A stretch of DNA of 48,610 nt from a bacterium (GTDB lineage Bacteria; Patescibacteriota; Minisyncoccia; Phycocordibacterales; UBA6899): NCBI GenBank assembly GCA_043743715.1, contig JAYTWK010000017.1, positions 1-48,610 on the forward strand, read 5' to 3'. The notes below the pieces were generated by a model, which saw only the letters and a program-made list of their open reading frames with translations, had not been told where the DNA came from and did not search any database. Position 1 is the stretch's first letter; each line of letters begins with the position of its first letter. Made by a program: the position numbers and the translations under genes. This document shows positions 47,015-48,610 of this stretch, piece after piece.

Positions 47015-47046
47015 AAATAATGAAATGAATGATCAGAAATGAACAA

Positions 47047-47688
47047 TCAGGTCGACGACTCTAATTCACCGGGGTTGAATTTCTTGTAAAAGATTTCGAC
47101 GATCTCTTCGGTGCCGAGACGAGTGGTGCGGATATCACAGCGACCAAGACCTTGCTCGACGATTGCCACTCGCTGCTCGAGCTGGACGCGCGCCTCCTCG
47201 AAACTCTGTGTCTCCGCTGCGGTGGGTTTGGCAGATTTCTTCTTGCCGCCGAAGAGTCCGCCAAAGAGTCCTCCTCCGCCCTTCTGCGCGAGTACCCCCC
47301 CGCCGGAATATGGGACAACCAGGAAAAATGTCTTGGTCATGATATTGGTCTTACTGGTGAAGTCCTTGATGAACGCGACATATTCATGTACTTGGATCTT
47401 CATGGCATCTATCAGCTGTACCTTCTCACGGTCTTCGAGTAGTTTAATGTACGGTTTAATATCGAGGCGTTTTGACTGGATGAATATTTGTACCGGAAAC
47501 TCGAGCGAGTTAAGGAAATTTTGGAATTGCATGATGATTGCCGCCTGCTCATCACTTGATTTCAGTCCAAAATTGAGCGAGCTTGTCATGAGTATCATGC
47601 GCAAGTCGCCGTTATTCAAAATCATCACGCCGTTACGGACGTCTTTGATAGGAACAAAATCTTGTGTAGGTTTTCCACGAGCTGCCAT
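47047..47688 (-). CDS. VirB4/TraC N-terminal-domain-like protein
   Basis: TQDFVPIKDV, NFGLKS.DEQ, FLNSL.FPVQI and FFLVVPY motifs; lies between PrgI and VirB4. Confidence 0.75.
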   Translation of the reverse strand: MAARGKPTQDFVPIKDVRNGVMILNNGDLRMILMTSSLNFGLKSSDEQAAIIMQFQNFLNSLEFPVQIFIQSKRLDIKPYIKLLEDREKVQLIDAMKIQVHEYVAFIKDFTSKTNIMTKTFFLVVPYSGGGVLAQKGGGGLFGGLFGGKKKSAKPTAAETQSFEEARVQLEQRVAIVEQGLGRCDIRTTRLGTEEIVEIFYKKFNPGELESST

Positions 47689-47746
47689 AGATACAATTAT
47701 AACTTAAAAATAAGAATTCAAAAGGAATTCGCTCGCAGCATCACAA

Positions 47747-48193
47747 CTATGCAGAGGTACCGGTATGTACTTTTTGTGCTTCGACCTCATTTTCTTGTTG
47801 CACATCTATACCCCAGGTGAGGTCATTCAATTTGCTTTGATTTTGATTCGCCAATATTCCCGTCGCATGCTTTGTAGTTTTGAAATTCGTGAGATCAAGC
47901 TCCGCATCCTTCGGCTTCTCGCGCTTTCTCCAGACATAAAAGCGGGCGTTTTTGTAGTAGTACATCGCCGATTCTATAGCGTTAAGGAGGGGCTTCGAGT
48001 TGAATTTATAGAATCCAAGCGCGGCGCCGAATCCTAAGAAGGCTAAAAACAGCAGCCAGCCGATGAATGGTACGAAGCGGTACCCGAGATAGCCCATGCC
48101 CGCACCGCCTGCCAGGTAAATGAACTGCTTGATGGTGAAGGGTCCGATAATCTTATCTTCAACATCGATAAATTGAGGGACTTGGAATTGCAT
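47747..48193 (-). CDS. PrgI family membrane protein
   Basis: MQFQVPQFIDVEDKIIGPFTIKQF followed by two TM helices. Confidence 0.85.
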   Translation of the reverse strand: MQFQVPQFIDVEDKIIGPFTIKQFIYLAGGAGMGYLGYRFVPFIGWLLFLAFLGFGAALGFYKFNSKPLLNAIESAMYYYKNARFYVWRKREKPKDAELDLTNFKTTKHATGILANQNQSKLNDLTWGIDVQQENEVEAQKVHTGTSA

Positions 48194-48277
48194 AGTGTTA
48201 GTATAGAGTATTTAGTATGCAGTATCTAGTATAGGGAGACTTCTTTTTTATGCTGATGTTTCGCGCCCTCATATTTC

Positions 48278-48530
48278 CTATAGTGGGACTTGACGAATTT
48301 TGTCTGCAAAAAATGCCTGCAGATCTTCTTTTGTGACCGCCTTGCCGATAAACTCGATTGGAGCGTCTTCAAGGTCGTCGAAATATAGCAACTGTTCAAA
48401 AAAAAGTCTCGGATCAAACGCCTCAGCATACTTCTGCGCTGCAAGTTCTATAATCTCGGTCAATATCGCATGTCCATTTTTCAGAATATGATAGATGTCC
48501 ACATAGTCCTTTAATAGACTCGCTCCCCAA
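48278..48530 (-). pseudogene. C-terminal fragment of an AbiEii-family nucleotidyltransferase
   Basis: KDYVDIY and FDPRLFFEQLLYFDD motifs. The N-terminal catalytic half is absent, and a terminator-like hairpin (~48546-48570) lies directly upstream. Confidence 0.65.
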
Positions 48531-48610
48531 TAAGACCCACCCGTCAAAAAACACACACAGGTGTGCTTTTAACTCTGGTAACTCAAGTGATAGTTCCACA
48601 ATCCCGCTGC

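Noticed and set aside
38262-48193. Integrative conjugative element or prophage
   Set aside because: No integrase, relaxase, coupling protein, att repeats or phage structural genes within the window.

Overview
This window looks like chromosomal DNA from a Patescibacteria/CPR (Parcubacteria-like) genome using genetic code 11. The taxonomy is inferred from gene content: short YebC, PolA without a full 3'-5' exonuclease domain, VirB2-like pilins and a PrgI/VirB4 cluster. It spans the replication origin (dnaN-oriC-dnaA <> rpmH-rnpA-yidD-yidC-jag) and carries housekeeping genes (rpsT, ruvA/B/C, murE, idi, trmH-like, gmk, holA-like, polA, tsaE, pilB/gspE, yebC, tyrS, PBP1A). The most unusual elements are: (1) a gene-accretion hotspot with no integrase between tRNA-Lys and a DUF296 gene, with a duplicated tRNA 5' part, three T-arm-like end motifs and two orphaned copies of the DUF296 3' end bracketing accessory genes; (2) three paralogous VirB2-like pilin N-termini fused to different C-terminal cargoes (lytic transglycosylase, M15-like peptidase, Calx-beta/Ig), two of them next to a VirB4/PrgI locus and sharing a 92-bp near-identical junction; (3) a tandem multi-hairpin element with compensatory changes upstream of polA; (4) a frameshifted HTH gene and an A-rich DGR-template-like tract that share a 30-nt hairpin; (5) several promoter-structured RNA-terminator units. 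All calls come from motif reading by eye; no database searches were run.
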